DNA of 64,000 nucleotides, from sequence record NC_027395.1, one strand, 5' to 3'. Below, one piece after another: positions 28,601 through 37,772 of the stretch. Origin of the DNA: Escherichia phage vB_EcoP_SU10. Every line of letters begins with the position of its first letter. The stretch's first letter is position 1. The notes below the pieces were generated by a model. The model did not search any database, was not told the DNA's origin, and saw only the letters and a program-made list of their open reading frames with translations. Made by a program: the position numbers and the translations under genes.

Positions 28601-30095
28601 CTATAACAGAGAAGTAAATGCCTTCAACAAAGCTAACAAGAACTCTCAGTACGAAGCTGCTGCTAAGCATTTACAGGCTCGTGAAGAACGTCTTGCTACC
28701 CTCAGGAAAAAGGCTCAGGCTCGTTCGGATGCTAAGGCTGCTGTTGAGAATGAACGTAAAACTCTAGAGGCTATTGCAGCTCAGAAGAGTGAGATTGAGA
28801 AGATGATGGAAGGTTTACCTAAACCTGTTCGTGAGGCTCAGGAATCTCGTACTCTGAAACAGTTGGCTGCTCACCACGATAAGAACTCTCCAGTTCCTCC
28901 AGAGAAGTTCCGTAGTTATATTGAACGTATCCACAATGCCGAGTCAGATTACCTTGATCGTCAGCGTCGTTTAACTGATGCAGAGGAAGATGCTCGTCAG
29001 GCTAAGTGGAACAAGATGTATGAGCAAGCGGAAGAGATGAACCGTAAGTTTGATGTGGACAAGAGAGTTAAGCGCAGTGAAGAGCTTAAAGCGGCCCAAG
29101 AGCGTGAGAATGATCTTATGGCAGTACAACGTCAACGTGATGACATTCATCGCCGCCTGATGCGTACTATGGAAGATAAGGGCATATCTAGAGAGGATGC
29201 TGAAGCGTTTGCCGGCTCCTATATGGATAACCGTTATGCACTTCTTGAGAAACCTATGACTCCGACTGAACATCAGAATGCTCGTTCTCGTATCGAAGCT
29301 GATGTTGAGAAATTCGCTAAGAAGTATGAATCAATGACTCCTATTGAGAAAGAGATTGTTAAGGTTACTGGAGATACTGAAGGTAAGCTTGATAACTTGG
29401 ATGCGGATACTAGGAAGGCTATTGAGGAGGCTCAGAAGGTTGACTCTGATATTAAGAAACTGCAAGAGGAAGAATTGGAGATGGAGAAGATTCGTTCTGC
29501 TCTGCCTGATGATGAAAAATCTCAAGCAAATTCTGATATCTTGGAAAGCATTAAACAACAGGAAGAGGTCTTTGCTGATAAAGTAGAGAAAGCTTTCTTG
29601 AGTGGGAAAAGCTTGGATGAGTTGGCTAGTGTGGCTGAAGTTTTAGACAGGGTTCATGGTGCAGATAAGGCTGGTAACAACCGTCGCTTTGTACGTGCAT
29701 TGCAGACTGCTGCTGAAAACAAGAAGAAGTATGGTGATAATCCAGTAGCTTGGTTTAGTGCTGATGATTACTCTGCCATTGCTAAACTTGGTGCTTCTTC
29801 CGCAGGTGGTAACAAATCCAGAGCACTGGAGAAGATCTTTGGTTCTACAGCTGAACAGGCTAAGAGTAAGTTGCTTGGTAGGGATGATGTAGCGAAGATG
29901 AGACGTGTGATTGAAGAGAACCCTGATATTAAGATTCCTTCTTACAAGACAACGAATCGTACTGAGTACTTGCAATTCTTGGAGAAGTTTAATGACGAAG
30001 GGAAGCCGAAGATTAAACGTGGCTCATTGTCAGAGAAGCTTGAACGAAGTAAGCGTCAATCGAGACTCCGTGTAAGAGTTCGACCTAAGGAGTGA
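25674..30095 (+). CDS. giant internal virion or DNA-ejection protein (1473 aa)
   Basis: ATG at 25674 with an AAAGGAGA SD (ORF-track start 25629 rejected). Gly/Ala-rich N-terminus followed by about 1000 aa of charged E/K/R/A coiled coil. Last gene of the virion arm. Confidence 0.7.
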   Translation: MANIKPWEEASKAPAYLNASPEQQAQMREQYKAAGGSIPEEQPVAQPQQEERGAIGEFAQGVSNALQSGGANIAASAAKGIGGLVEIGENLAGAQTSYGKRIQENSQNLLKERMDKIEDGIGKTVGQYAGVAGDIGMTVANPLAAAAIIAGRETGRAYADQTPEEGEDKSILDAALVGGANYAAQRILPGAVGTAESTLGRIGQNVASNAVAGAKGGALVGAAEVQNKYGDDNDLAKTLEGVIEEGAMGAAFGGAVGGVHGLISRPDSVVFKNTPEYAKTDIAADDELIRSAKNVDELKEAYSKAETANAASALNLLDENGFRITDAVAVDSPAAQRILNTDQARAEKAASVQKEHSNIPGLNPLASPAKTRGKAFADNEHNQKQAVAMKDAMADYTKDNTKALTDVLDNLDRELTSLRASGDFTGSPIDIKNRTQADRDFIDAYKTFYNEANRFKAREGEDFNNFVEKAAELQKMADNVSPEMKKAIGGLKKLKGMPEGFNPIQDAYTLNNTAKFMSNQDRGWTSLTDDGFREASSPSLVMNTLGAAKYALNRFSSQRARSQRVKQQESNSEAIRSLARGDLEVARAKSTANEARAKMEEEPAVDDIKFKTQNDVETEPVREPSSSTVTEENLPSSAPQETPLTARDLVAQRRAIRQAEQRRAEEEAAAAQEVPVEQAPQAEPLPARNPLEERRAMEQQRAQEEASQAPEPTVEEPTVKAEPLPARAPKAPKEAVQDVKPASGVERLAAMSSAARQATKDRAERFARSLYSKAAKAKATAENFLAYKGDPKELMRRIRQEDNAINTERHEEMARNQLASQQGIATAKNNTVRTSFAEWVKERGLPEDIATKALRAEEKGLGGNVTNLDSLKRRAERLYQKQREDEFDRLYQQALEENKAFDKKDAPKLVDQKKELQSEIDALIDSEPLRPAQKDAMRKLMNDFVDGKFKSSEKAGREEALEVGQMKDIWDGFINTYNREVNAFNKANKNSQYEAAAKHLQAREERLATLRKKAQARSDAKAAVENERKTLEAIAAQKSEIEKMMEGLPKPVREAQESRTLKQLAAHHDKNSPVPPEKFRSYIERIHNAESDYLDRQRRLTDAEEDARQAKWNKMYEQAEEMNRKFDVDKRVKRSEELKAAQERENDLMAVQRQRDDIHRRLMRTMEDKGISREDAEAFAGSYMDNRYALLEKPMTPTEHQNARSRIEADVEKFAKKYESMTPIEKEIVKVTGDTEGKLDNLDADTRKAIEEAQKVDSDIKKLQEEELEMEKIRSALPDDEKSQANSDILESIKQQEEVFADKVEKAFLSGKSLDELASVAEVLDRVHGADKAGNNRRFVRALQTAAENKKKYGDNPVAWFSADDYSAIAKLGASSAGGNKSRALEKIFGSTAEQAKSKLLGRDDVAKMRRVIEENPDIKIPSYKTTNRTEYLQFLEKFNDEGKPKIKRGSLSEKLERSKRQSRLRVRVRPKE

Positions 30096-30102
30096 TAAAA
30101 GA

Positions 30103-30134
30103 AAAGCCCTCGAGGAGAAATCCAAGAGGGCTTT
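30103..30134. terminator. bidirectional terminator between the convergent arms
   Basis: AAAGCCCTC-14 nt-GAGGGCTTT, with T-rich tails on both strands (tatttgttt on plus, ttttctttta on minus). Confidence 0.75.
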
Positions 30135-30187
30135 ATTTGTTTCTAAGTTTTAAAAACCATCAAATTCGTCATACATCCCAATTTTCT

Positions 30188-30280
30188 TCAGAAGTCTGGA
30201 TGTTCATCTTCAAAACATCCTGAGATGCCTCCGTAGAACCAATCTGATTTACTGCCAAGAATAACAACTTCTTCATTCAT
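30188..30280 (-). CDS. hypothetical micro-protein (30 aa)
   Basis: Hand-translated MNEEVVILGSKSDWFYGGISGCFEDEHPDF. AGGAGA SD. Below the ORF-track cutoff. Confidence 0.3.
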   Translation of the reverse strand: MNEEVVILGSKSDWFYGGISGCFEDEHPDF

Positions 30281-30288
30281 ATAATCTC

Positions 30289-30450
30289 CTAGATTGTGTT
30301 TATAAAATTAATAAGTTTCTCTTCACTTTCATCAAAAGCTTTTCCAGCTGCTTCCATCTCCCAAGTATTGGCATTGTCAATAAAGCTCTGAGCTTCTAAT
30401 AGATCGTGGATTAAGTCGAAGAGTTTATTTTTATCTGTTTGTGTGATCAT
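30289..30450 (-). CDS. hypothetical small protein (53 aa)
   Basis: Hand-translated MITQTDKNKLFDLIHDLLEAQSF... Fills the gap after the WYL-like gene. Confidence 0.4.
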   Translation of the reverse strand: MITQTDKNKLFDLIHDLLEAQSFIDNANTWEMEAAGKAFDESEEKLINFINTI

Positions 30451-30458
30451 ATCAGTTC

Positions 30459-30686
30459 CTAGATTAAATCGTAATACTGAATAATGTCAGAGAGTTTGAA
30501 CTCTCGAATCTCATCTTTCTCTATATCTATCGCTGTCATAATCCAACAAGGTTTGCCACCGTTATGAAAACGGGAGCTAGCAACGGAGGTTCGGAGTGGA
30601 ATAACGGACCGGTCAGCAATCTCGCCTCTCCAATTGCGATAGCGAAAGCGAAGCACTTGTTGCGTAGATTTTTGATCATCACTCAT
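30459..30686 (-). CDS. small stand-alone WYL-like domain protein (75 aa)
   Basis: ATG at 30686 overlaps the HNH stop by 8 nt. VLRFRYRNWRGEIADRSVIPL...CWIMTAIDIEKDEIREFKLSDI follows the WYL-domain pattern (Y..G....R.V.P...W.l.A......R.F.l..I). Confidence 0.45.
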   Translation of the reverse strand: MSDDQKSTQQVLRFRYRNWRGEIADRSVIPLRTSVASSRFHNGGKPCWIMTAIDIEKDEIREFKLSDIIQYYDLI

Positions 30687-31080
30687 TTCCTTTTTTGAAT
30701 TGTTTTCTTGCATCATTCTCTTCTTTTGTTTTAATCTTATGACAAGGGTCTTTACACAGAACCTGAAACCCTTCTTTCTCACACAGGGCACGAGAGATGA
30801 TTTCATCCCAAGTTGCTTCATGGTCAAGAGGAACTATAGGCTCTATGTGGTCAATAGCCATATCCTTTATAGGGTGGTCAGAACCACACATGGCACACTT
30901 AAAGTGCATTGCCAGTCTACCTGTCTTTGGATTAATCTTCTGCTCTGTCTTGGCGTCTGCTAGTGCATCGAACATGGGCTTCCACTTTCTAGTCAGAGAA
31001 CGAATCCCTGACTTGATGAAAGAGTTGTAACGAGCTTCAGTCCACATTCCACTACAGCGAGTCTTCTCAGACTTCGCCAT
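30679..31080 (-). CDS. HNH endonuclease (133 aa)
   Basis: CAMCGSDH...AIDHIEPIV...VLCKDPCHKIKT: HNH core with flanking Cys pairs. Confidence 0.75.
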   Translation of the reverse strand: MAKSEKTRCSGMWTEARYNSFIKSGIRSLTRKWKPMFDALADAKTEQKINPKTGRLAMHFKCAMCGSDHPIKDMAIDHIEPIVPLDHEATWDEIISRALCEKEGFQVLCKDPCHKIKTKEENDARKQFKKGNE

Positions 31081-31246
31081 AATCAGCTTCTTCCCAAACT
31101 CGTTTGTTTACACGATGACTCACTTTACCCTCACGAGGAATACGACCAGTTCGCTGATCAAACAGTTGATGTTTAATCTTTTGGTCTTTACGAGATTCAC
31201 GATTGGAGGAGTTTTCATCATATGAACGATAATCAAATTTACCCAT
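31067..31246 (-). CDS. hypothetical basic protein (59 aa)
   Basis: Hand-translated MGKFDYRSYDENSSNRESRKDQK... AAGGA SD. One codon below the ORF-track cutoff. Confidence 0.45.
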   Translation of the reverse strand: MGKFDYRSYDENSSNRESRKDQKIKHQLFDQRTGRIPREGKVSHRVNKRVWEEADYGEV

Positions 31247-31259
31247 TATAATATCCTTA

Positions 31260-32078
31260 TTACCAAGATTTATCTAACCATGTCCAGTCGAACAGGTCTT
31301 CCGGAGTCTGACCAACAAAGAGAAGCCGAGCATTCTCAAGCATCTTCTCTTCATCTTCAGTATCGAACTTCTTATAATATTCCATTCGTACTATATGATA
31401 CATGGTCCACTTGTCTGTAACACCAGCCAACAACTTAGCTGCTGCTTTCTTCCCTATTCCTTGACGTCGAAGCTGAAGCTTACCTCCCCACATAACTTCT
31501 TTACGTTCTCCACATCCGGGGATATTATCTGTACCATCTCCAACCAACATCTGATAGAAGAAGTTTTGCCATGAAACTAAATCAGATACGTAGTGAGGAG
31601 GAACCTCTTTTTGTCTTTCTCCACAAGCCCAACGGTAATGCCATCCGGGAGTTATCAACAAATCCTTGTCTCTCGTACAGATGATAGTGTTCTTATCTCT
31701 ACGTTGCCTTTCAGCTAATGCATCATCAGCCTCTCTCCCAAATACATCTATGTATTCATATTTACCTTTAATATAATCACCAACATTTTGCCAGTGAAAA
31801 GGTCTTTCTCCGGGAGGTCTATTTGCTTTGTAGTCTTGCTGTTTAGCAACATCAAAACGGAAGTTACCACCTTCGCTGAAGTAGAACACAACCTTGCTAC
31901 AACCCGAGCGAGCTATGATTGTATCGATCTTGTACTGAAGTCGTTCAATCATGAAATTGTAATCAACTGGAACACGTCCTGTGTCAAGGAAGGGATGCTC
32001 CTGAGTAAGAGCACCTACTTCATACCGAAGAACGTCAGCGTCCACTATAGCAACTTCAGGGAGCTTAACCTCTTCCAT
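31260..32078 (-). CDS. 5'-3' exonuclease / flap endonuclease (272 aa)
   Basis: QDYKANRPP, GREADDA and LVGDGTDNIPG motifs of the Pol I N-terminal/FEN family. ATG at 32078 with an AGGATGA SD. Confidence 0.8.
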   Translation of the reverse strand: MEEVKLPEVAIVDADVLRYEVGALTQEHPFLDTGRVPVDYNFMIERLQYKIDTIIARSGCSKVVFYFSEGGNFRFDVAKQQDYKANRPPGERPFHWQNVGDYIKGKYEYIDVFGREADDALAERQRRDKNTIICTRDKDLLITPGWHYRWACGERQKEVPPHYVSDLVSWQNFFYQMLVGDGTDNIPGCGERKEVMWGGKLQLRRQGIGKKAAAKLLAGVTDKWTMYHIVRMEYYKKFDTEDEEKMLENARLLFVGQTPEDLFDWTWLDKSW

Positions 32079-32954
32079 AAATATCATCCTGAGCTTGAGC
32101 AATAATCCAATCTAGATCTGATACTGCTGATTCAATAGTTGAGTCATTAAATAGTAGATATGTTTTTCTCTGCTCTCCTTCAATATATGAGCGAGAGTCT
32201 CCATCAAAAGAGCAACCATCTCTAAGAACTTGGACAACTTGGACATGGAAATTCTTTTCTAGTTCTCGTACCTCTGCATCAAAACCTCCGTCAGTAAACA
32301 TGACAATATCATCCTGACCTAACCCTTCTTGTTTGATGCTTTTTACAGCAAGATTCCCCATATGGTTGTTGCCAAACATAGGTTTTAAGAAGTCTTCACT
32401 TGTAGAAATCATCAAATCTCTTACAGACTTCCCTCCCCATTCTGGTCTAGGTTTTTCTTTCCATTCACGGTCTTCATAGCGTGCTAGAAAGTTTTCTAGA
32501 GGTATGCCTAGTGCAGCAGCAGCTACCTTGTACATTGGCTCCTTGAAGGATTTGGTTGAATAATTGTGATGGTATGAATGGGCATTGACCCAAGCATTGG
32601 CTATCGTATCTTTACCACAACCCGGAGGCCCATTAAGAATTACTACTAAAGGCTTATAATGGGAATCTACCACCATGTTGGTCAGTGCTGGATTGCCTTG
32701 AGATTCCATTTCTAATTGCTCCGTGTGGTCATGTGAGTAGTCTACTGGAGAAGTTTTGTTACCAGTAACTTTAGGTAAAATCGCTCTAGTTGTTTCTACG
32801 TATTTACCGCCATCAATATTGATTTGAAACTCTACAAGCTCATTCTGTAACTCATATCCTGATAAGTTGGATAGCTCCTCCAACTCATCTCTGATGAAAT
32901 TTAAATGTTTGATTTTAATTGCAAGAGCTTTCTTTAAAGCTTTTACCTCTTCAC

Positions 32955-32958
<4 letters not shown>
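32065..32958 (-). CDS. P-loop kinase-like protein, possible dNMP kinase, with a 110-aa coiled-coil N-terminal extension (297 aa)
   Basis: LNGPPGCGKDT Walker A. The downstream FKEPMY...SVRDLMISTSEDFLKPMFG resembles phage dNMP kinases from memory. ATGA coupling to the upstream gene. Confidence 0.5.
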
Positions 32959-34450
<1,492 letters not shown>

Positions 34451-34451
<1 letters not shown>

Positions 34452-34711
34452 TATTCTATTCCACGTTCTTTCAGAGCTTCTAACAATCCGTTGTGATTGG
34501 CAGCACATTCTGTGTACTGGTCCTGATACCACTCCAACGTAGTGGCTAGTGCTTTTCCTTGAGCACTCTCTAAAAGAGGTAGGTCAACCCTACATTCAGC
34601 TTTTAGGTTTGTTGGTAAGGGCATTGATTGCCTGCTGTTGTCGCTCGTTGAACAAGCTGACATACTCATCACTAGCGCAGACATTATAAAAAACTGGTTT
34701 AGTTTTCTCAT
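34451..34711 (-). CDS. o-spanin (outer-membrane lipoprotein, 86 aa)
   Basis: Signal plus lipobox MSALVMSMSAC. Starts inside the i-spanin gene in another frame and extends beyond it (overlapped architecture). Confidence 0.7.
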
Positions 34712-34946
34712 AATGCATCTCTTTATAAACGGTTTCCGTGTTCTTCTTCCAGTTAGATAAACCGGTAAGAACTCTCTGAGCAACTTCATCAGCTGCTCTA
34801 TTTCTTTCAATCTCTAACTCTTGCTGGTGCTTCTCTTTGTCCAGATTACTGCTGTCTGTTTGATATTCGTTAAACTTCATACCACCAAAGAATACAAGAG
34901 CTGAGAAAACGATAAACCCTAAGTTATCACTTAACGTGTTTTGCAT
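34596..34946 (-). CDS. i-spanin (116 aa)
   Basis: ATG at 34946. N-terminal TM segment LGFIVFSALVFFGG followed by charged coiled coil. Confidence 0.7.
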   Translation of the reverse strand: MQNTLSDNLGFIVFSALVFFGGMKFNEYQTDSSNLDKEKHQQELEIERNRAADEVAQRVLTGLSNWKKNTETVYKEMHYEKTKPVFYNVCASDEYVSLFNERQQQAINALTNKPKS

Positions 34947-34957
34947 GTTGTCTCCAA

Positions 34958-34982
34958 CGAAAAAAGCCACCCGGAGGTGGCT
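34958..34982 (-). terminator. rho-independent terminator (minus strand)
   Basis: Minus-strand AGCCACC-tccg-GGTGGCT followed by TTTTTT. Lies after the HNH homing endonuclease gene and 12 nt before the i-spanin start. Confidence 0.75.
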
Positions 34983-35004
34983 AAGCTATAACAAGGAGAG
35001 TTAT

Positions 35005-35418
35005 TTATATGAATTTCTGCATACCTTTGATACGAGGGTTATCATCACCAACTCTCGATTTACAGTAAGCGATAAAAGATTCAGTATTGAGGTTATCTTT
35101 TTGGGAACCCCACTGAAGGTTGTCTGCTCTATTGTTGCTCGGATTATCATCCAGATGCATAACAACAGCGTTAGGAAAAGGTTTCTCACCGTGAAAAGTC
35201 TCACACACTAAGATATGAATCCTTTTCTTAAACTTTCTTTTCTTGTTTACAAACACCATTCTTCCATCTTTCTCTCTATATCCGCTATATGGTTTTCCTA
35301 CGAAAAGCCTAACTCCACCATTATTCATTATGGCTGTGAAAGGCTTAATCTTAACTCTACCAAAAGATGATACGGAAAGGAAATCATAATAGGGGTGATC
35401 TTTCCAGACTTCTTCCAC
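35005..35418 (-). CDS. free-standing HNH homing endonuclease (HNH_3 type), GTG start (137 aa)
   Basis: HILVCETFHGEKP...VMHLDDNPSNNRADNLQWGSQKDN. The N-terminal W..HP.Y..Y.VS..G.V resembles a NUMOD4-like module. Confidence 0.75.
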   Translation of the reverse strand: MEEVWKDHPYYDFLSVSSFGRVKIKPFTAIMNNGGVRLFVGKPYSGYREKDGRMVFVNKKRKFKKRIHILVCETFHGEKPFPNAVVMHLDDNPSNNRADNLQWGSQKDNLNTESFIAYCKSRVGDDNPRIKGMQKFI

Positions 35419-35427
35419 TATTTATCC

Positions 35428-36174
35428 TCAAAATGGGCTATCGTTGTCGTCTTCGTAAGTAGAAGCAGGCTCTTTATCAATCGTAGGGATTGAAGGGGTA
35501 GCTTCTTTCTGTTCTGTTTCAGAAGCACGAGTAATTTCACGACCAGCCAGAGGCATGTTCTTAGCGTCATTAGCTTGAGTAAGCAGGTTGCGCTGGAACG
35601 GGAACATCAGTTGATAGGATGCTACGTTCTCATCGGTTTCAGCATATGGTTCGAAGAATACCATAGGACTACGAGCTTCACCAACTGCTGCACGATATTT
35701 GGTTGGGATTGGAGAAATGGTCTTGATGGAGTTTTTAACTTCACCAGCTTTGTTAGTGTAAGAGTTAACCAGAATGTTAACAGGCTGACCTAACAGCACA
35801 TCCTTGAACCAAGACAGATCACCTTTCAGTGCTTGAATACTTGGGTCAATCATCTTGCAAAGATCAAGAATACCAGAGTTCTTAGCTCGTGGGTTTACAT
35901 CATAACTCTTGAACTGGCAAGCCGGACGTGGTTCTAATGCCTTACCATCGGAATCTTTACCAGTAGCATCAACACCAATCAGCTCGAAAGCTAAATCCAT
36001 ACGGAAAGTCGGATTCTTAGGAGTTACTGCTTTGGTCTTCGGGTCAATCCAAGGGTCACGATTGTGAACACCCAAACCTACTACACGAACGATACGTGCT
36101 TCGTACTCACCATCAGGGATTACATCGTAGTTGGATTTACGGGAAGCAGTTGCGATAGTTGGAATCATAGACAT
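35428..36174 (-). CDS. single-stranded DNA-binding protein (248 aa)
   Basis: Acidic C-terminal tail ending YEDDNDSPF, as in SSB and T7 gp2.5 tails. Highly expressed codon style. Preceded by a promoter motif. Confidence 0.55.
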   Translation of the reverse strand: MSMIPTIATASRKSNYDVIPDGEYEARIVRVVGLGVHNRDPWIDPKTKAVTPKNPTFRMDLAFELIGVDATGKDSDGKALEPRPACQFKSYDVNPRAKNSGILDLCKMIDPSIQALKGDLSWFKDVLLGQPVNILVNSYTNKAGEVKNSIKTISPIPTKYRAAVGEARSPMVFFEPYAETDENVASYQLMFPFQRNLLTQANDAKNMPLAGREITRASETEQKEATPSIPTIDKEPASTYEDDNDSPF

Positions 36175-36233
36175 ATTTTAATTTCCTTATTTAATTTGAA
36201 AGATTGTTGCTCTCTTTGAGCGGTTATGTATAG

Positions 36234-36242
36234 TATACATTA
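36234..36242 (-). promoter_or_regulatory. TAATGTATA motif on the minus strand upstream of the SSB gene
   Basis: Plus-strand tatacatta. 59 nt upstream of the ATG at 36174. Embedded in the palindrome ttaTGTATAgTATACAtta. Confidence 0.5.
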
Positions 36243-36305
36243 CGCTTATACCGATAAGAGTACTATATAATATAAGTATCTTTGGTAGTAGATATAACAC
36301 ACTAG

Positions 36306-36314
36306 TAATGTATA
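36306..36314 (+). promoter_or_regulatory. TAATGTATA motif on the plus strand, divergent from the 36234 copy, with no downstream ORF
   Basis: Exact 9-mer. The plus-strand sequence downstream has no ATG-initiated ORF up to the inverted repeat at 36411-36476. Confidence 0.35.
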
Positions 36315-36410
36315 TATTGTATAGCTGATAAAGTTATTGCAGGCTTGTATATTGGGCAATTCACAGAATCCCTTGCAAGTACCGAAGGGCAGGAGACACC
36401 TGCGAGATAA

Positions 36411-36476
36411 AAATAGAGAATTAAGGAATCCTTGATTTAGGTTGTAGGGACTCCTAGGGACTTTGATTCTCTATTT
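36411..36476. repeat. 11-bp inverted repeat AAATAGAGAAT / ATTCTCTATTT with a 44-nt spacer; likely minus-strand terminator or structured RNA
   Basis: Arms at 36411-36421 and 36466-36476. On the minus strand the stem runs into TTTTTATCTC. The spacer contains tagggact twice. Confidence 0.5.
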
Positions 36477-36590
36477 AAAAGAATATTAATTACTTATTAC
36501 CTAAATAATTAACTAACTTACTTAAACCAAATTCAATAAGAATAGATAAAAAGATTATTCCTAAGAAAGCTAAGAAGTAAACAATATAAG

Positions 36591-36755
36591 TTACCATTCA
36601 AGTAAACCTTTAAAGTTAGATTGTTCTACTATCCTCTGATAACGAAGATTAGAATCAGCTTGTTTCTTTAACATCTCATTATATTGATCTCTGATAGAGT
36701 CTTTATGTACTACAGGTTCTTTAAATAACGAGATCTTGTTCTTTTCTTCTTTCAT
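36591..36755 (-). CDS. hypothetical small protein (54 aa)
   Basis: ATG at 36755 with a GGAAGG SD. Overlaps the end of the phosphoesterase gene by 35 nt. Confidence 0.35.
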   Translation of the reverse strand: MKEEKNKISLFKEPVVHKDSIRDQYNEMLKKQADSNLRYQRIVEQSNFKGLLEW

Positions 36756-37224
36756 CAAAGACCTTCCTAATCTCTTGCAGAGAAACAGCTTTATAGTTAA
36801 TTTGCTCCATTGATGTACAGAAATATCTCCAATCATCAATTACATGGTTGTGTGTATGAGCATAAATGTTAAACTTTCCTCTCATCTCATCAGTGTGAAT
36901 AGGGATATGAGTTACCCAAAACTCTTTATATTTATAATCACCAGAGATTCTACGGAAGACTTTCATCATATCAGGGAGAAGTTCTAACCTGTCATGGTTC
37001 CCTAAGACTAGATGCTTCTCTCCTTTTACTTCAGCGATGATATCAAGGGCATACTTTTCAAACACCCAATCACCGGTAAAGAAGATTTTGTCTCGCTTAG
37101 TTACATGATCAAATGCAGCTAGAATTGCTTTGTCATGTTCTTCGATGGTTTTAAATTGCTTACGAAAACTACAGATGTTGCGATGACCTAAGTGACCATC
37201 TCCTGCAAAATAAACTTCAGCCAT
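36721..37224 (-). CDS. calcineurin-like metallophosphoesterase (167 aa)
   Basis: GDGHLGH, GDWV, GNHD and AHTHNH motifs. Confidence 0.8.
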   Translation of the reverse strand: MAEVYFAGDGHLGHRNICSFRKQFKTIEEHDKAILAAFDHVTKRDKIFFTGDWVFEKYALDIIAEVKGEKHLVLGNHDRLELLPDMMKVFRRISGDYKYKEFWVTHIPIHTDEMRGKFNIYAHTHNHVIDDWRYFCTSMEQINYKAVSLQEIRKVFDERRKEQDLVI

Positions 37225-37233
37225 AAAGACCTC

Positions 37234-37449
37234 TTAGATAGTACACCCATCACAAGTTAAGTCACCTAGCAGGGACAGGGAAAGTAATCTGGATTGCTCA
37301 TCGCTGTATAGTTGATCAATCTCTTCTTTAAGTTTTGCCAACTCCATAAAGTTAATGAGCTGACCATGTTCGAGGCAGTCTGTTTTTAGTACGAACAAAA
37401 CTTCAGCGTCTGTTGAATCTTCACTTGAATATTTATCAATGTATTCCAT
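37234..37449 (-). CDS. hypothetical acidic protein (71 aa)
   Basis: ORF track. Confidence 0.5.
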   Translation of the reverse strand: MEYIDKYSSEDSTDAEVLFVLKTDCLEHGQLINFMELAKLKEEIDQLYSDEQSRLLSLSLLGDLTCDGCTI

Positions 37450-37464
37450 TTTTACTCCTATTAA

Positions 37465-37608
37465 TTATGACCAAGATTTAACTTTTACTTCGACGTATGT
37501 TTTAACTTCACCTTTCAAGACTTCCTGAGAAGCATTTGCACTTTCCTCAGAGTGGTGTACAACGGTGATCTCTTTCTTTCCAATCTTATAAGTGTGAATC
37601 CAAATCAT
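37465..37608 (-). CDS. hypothetical micro-protein (47 aa)
   Basis: Hand-translated MIWIHTYKIGKKEITVVHHSEE... ATGA coupling to the upstream gene. Confidence 0.35.
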   Translation of the reverse strand: MIWIHTYKIGKKEITVVHHSEESANASQEVLKGEVKTYVEVKVKSWS

Positions 37609-37772
37609 ACTTCTTCCTCATATTCCCAATTTCTTTCATAATATCCAGAGTTATAGTTTAGGGCGCACTTCTCGGCCTCTTCTATGTCGTCAGTGTTTAG
37701 GATATTTACCCATCCTCCAACTTCATCAAAACCTTCTTCTACTTCGTTAAACCATACACTATACTTTTTCAT
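37605..37772 (-). CDS. hypothetical small protein (55 aa)
   Basis: ATG at 37772 (MKKYSVWF...), ATGA-coupled to the upstream membrane micro-gene. Confidence 0.45.
   Translation of the reverse strand: MKKYSVWFNEVEEGFDEVGGWVNILNTDDIEEAEKCALNYNSGYYERNWEYEEEV

Noticed and set aside
36337-36406. tRNA-like element: a 7-bp closing helix (TTGCAGG / CCTGCGA) spanning about 69 nt with a GGG in a D-loop-like position. It was tempting given the CCA-enzyme-like gene.
   Set aside because: No T-arm or TTC-loop can be formed from the 17 nt preceding the 3' strand. No D-stem pairing is possible, and position 8 is C. It is not a tRNA, and is kept only as part of the structured intergenic hub.
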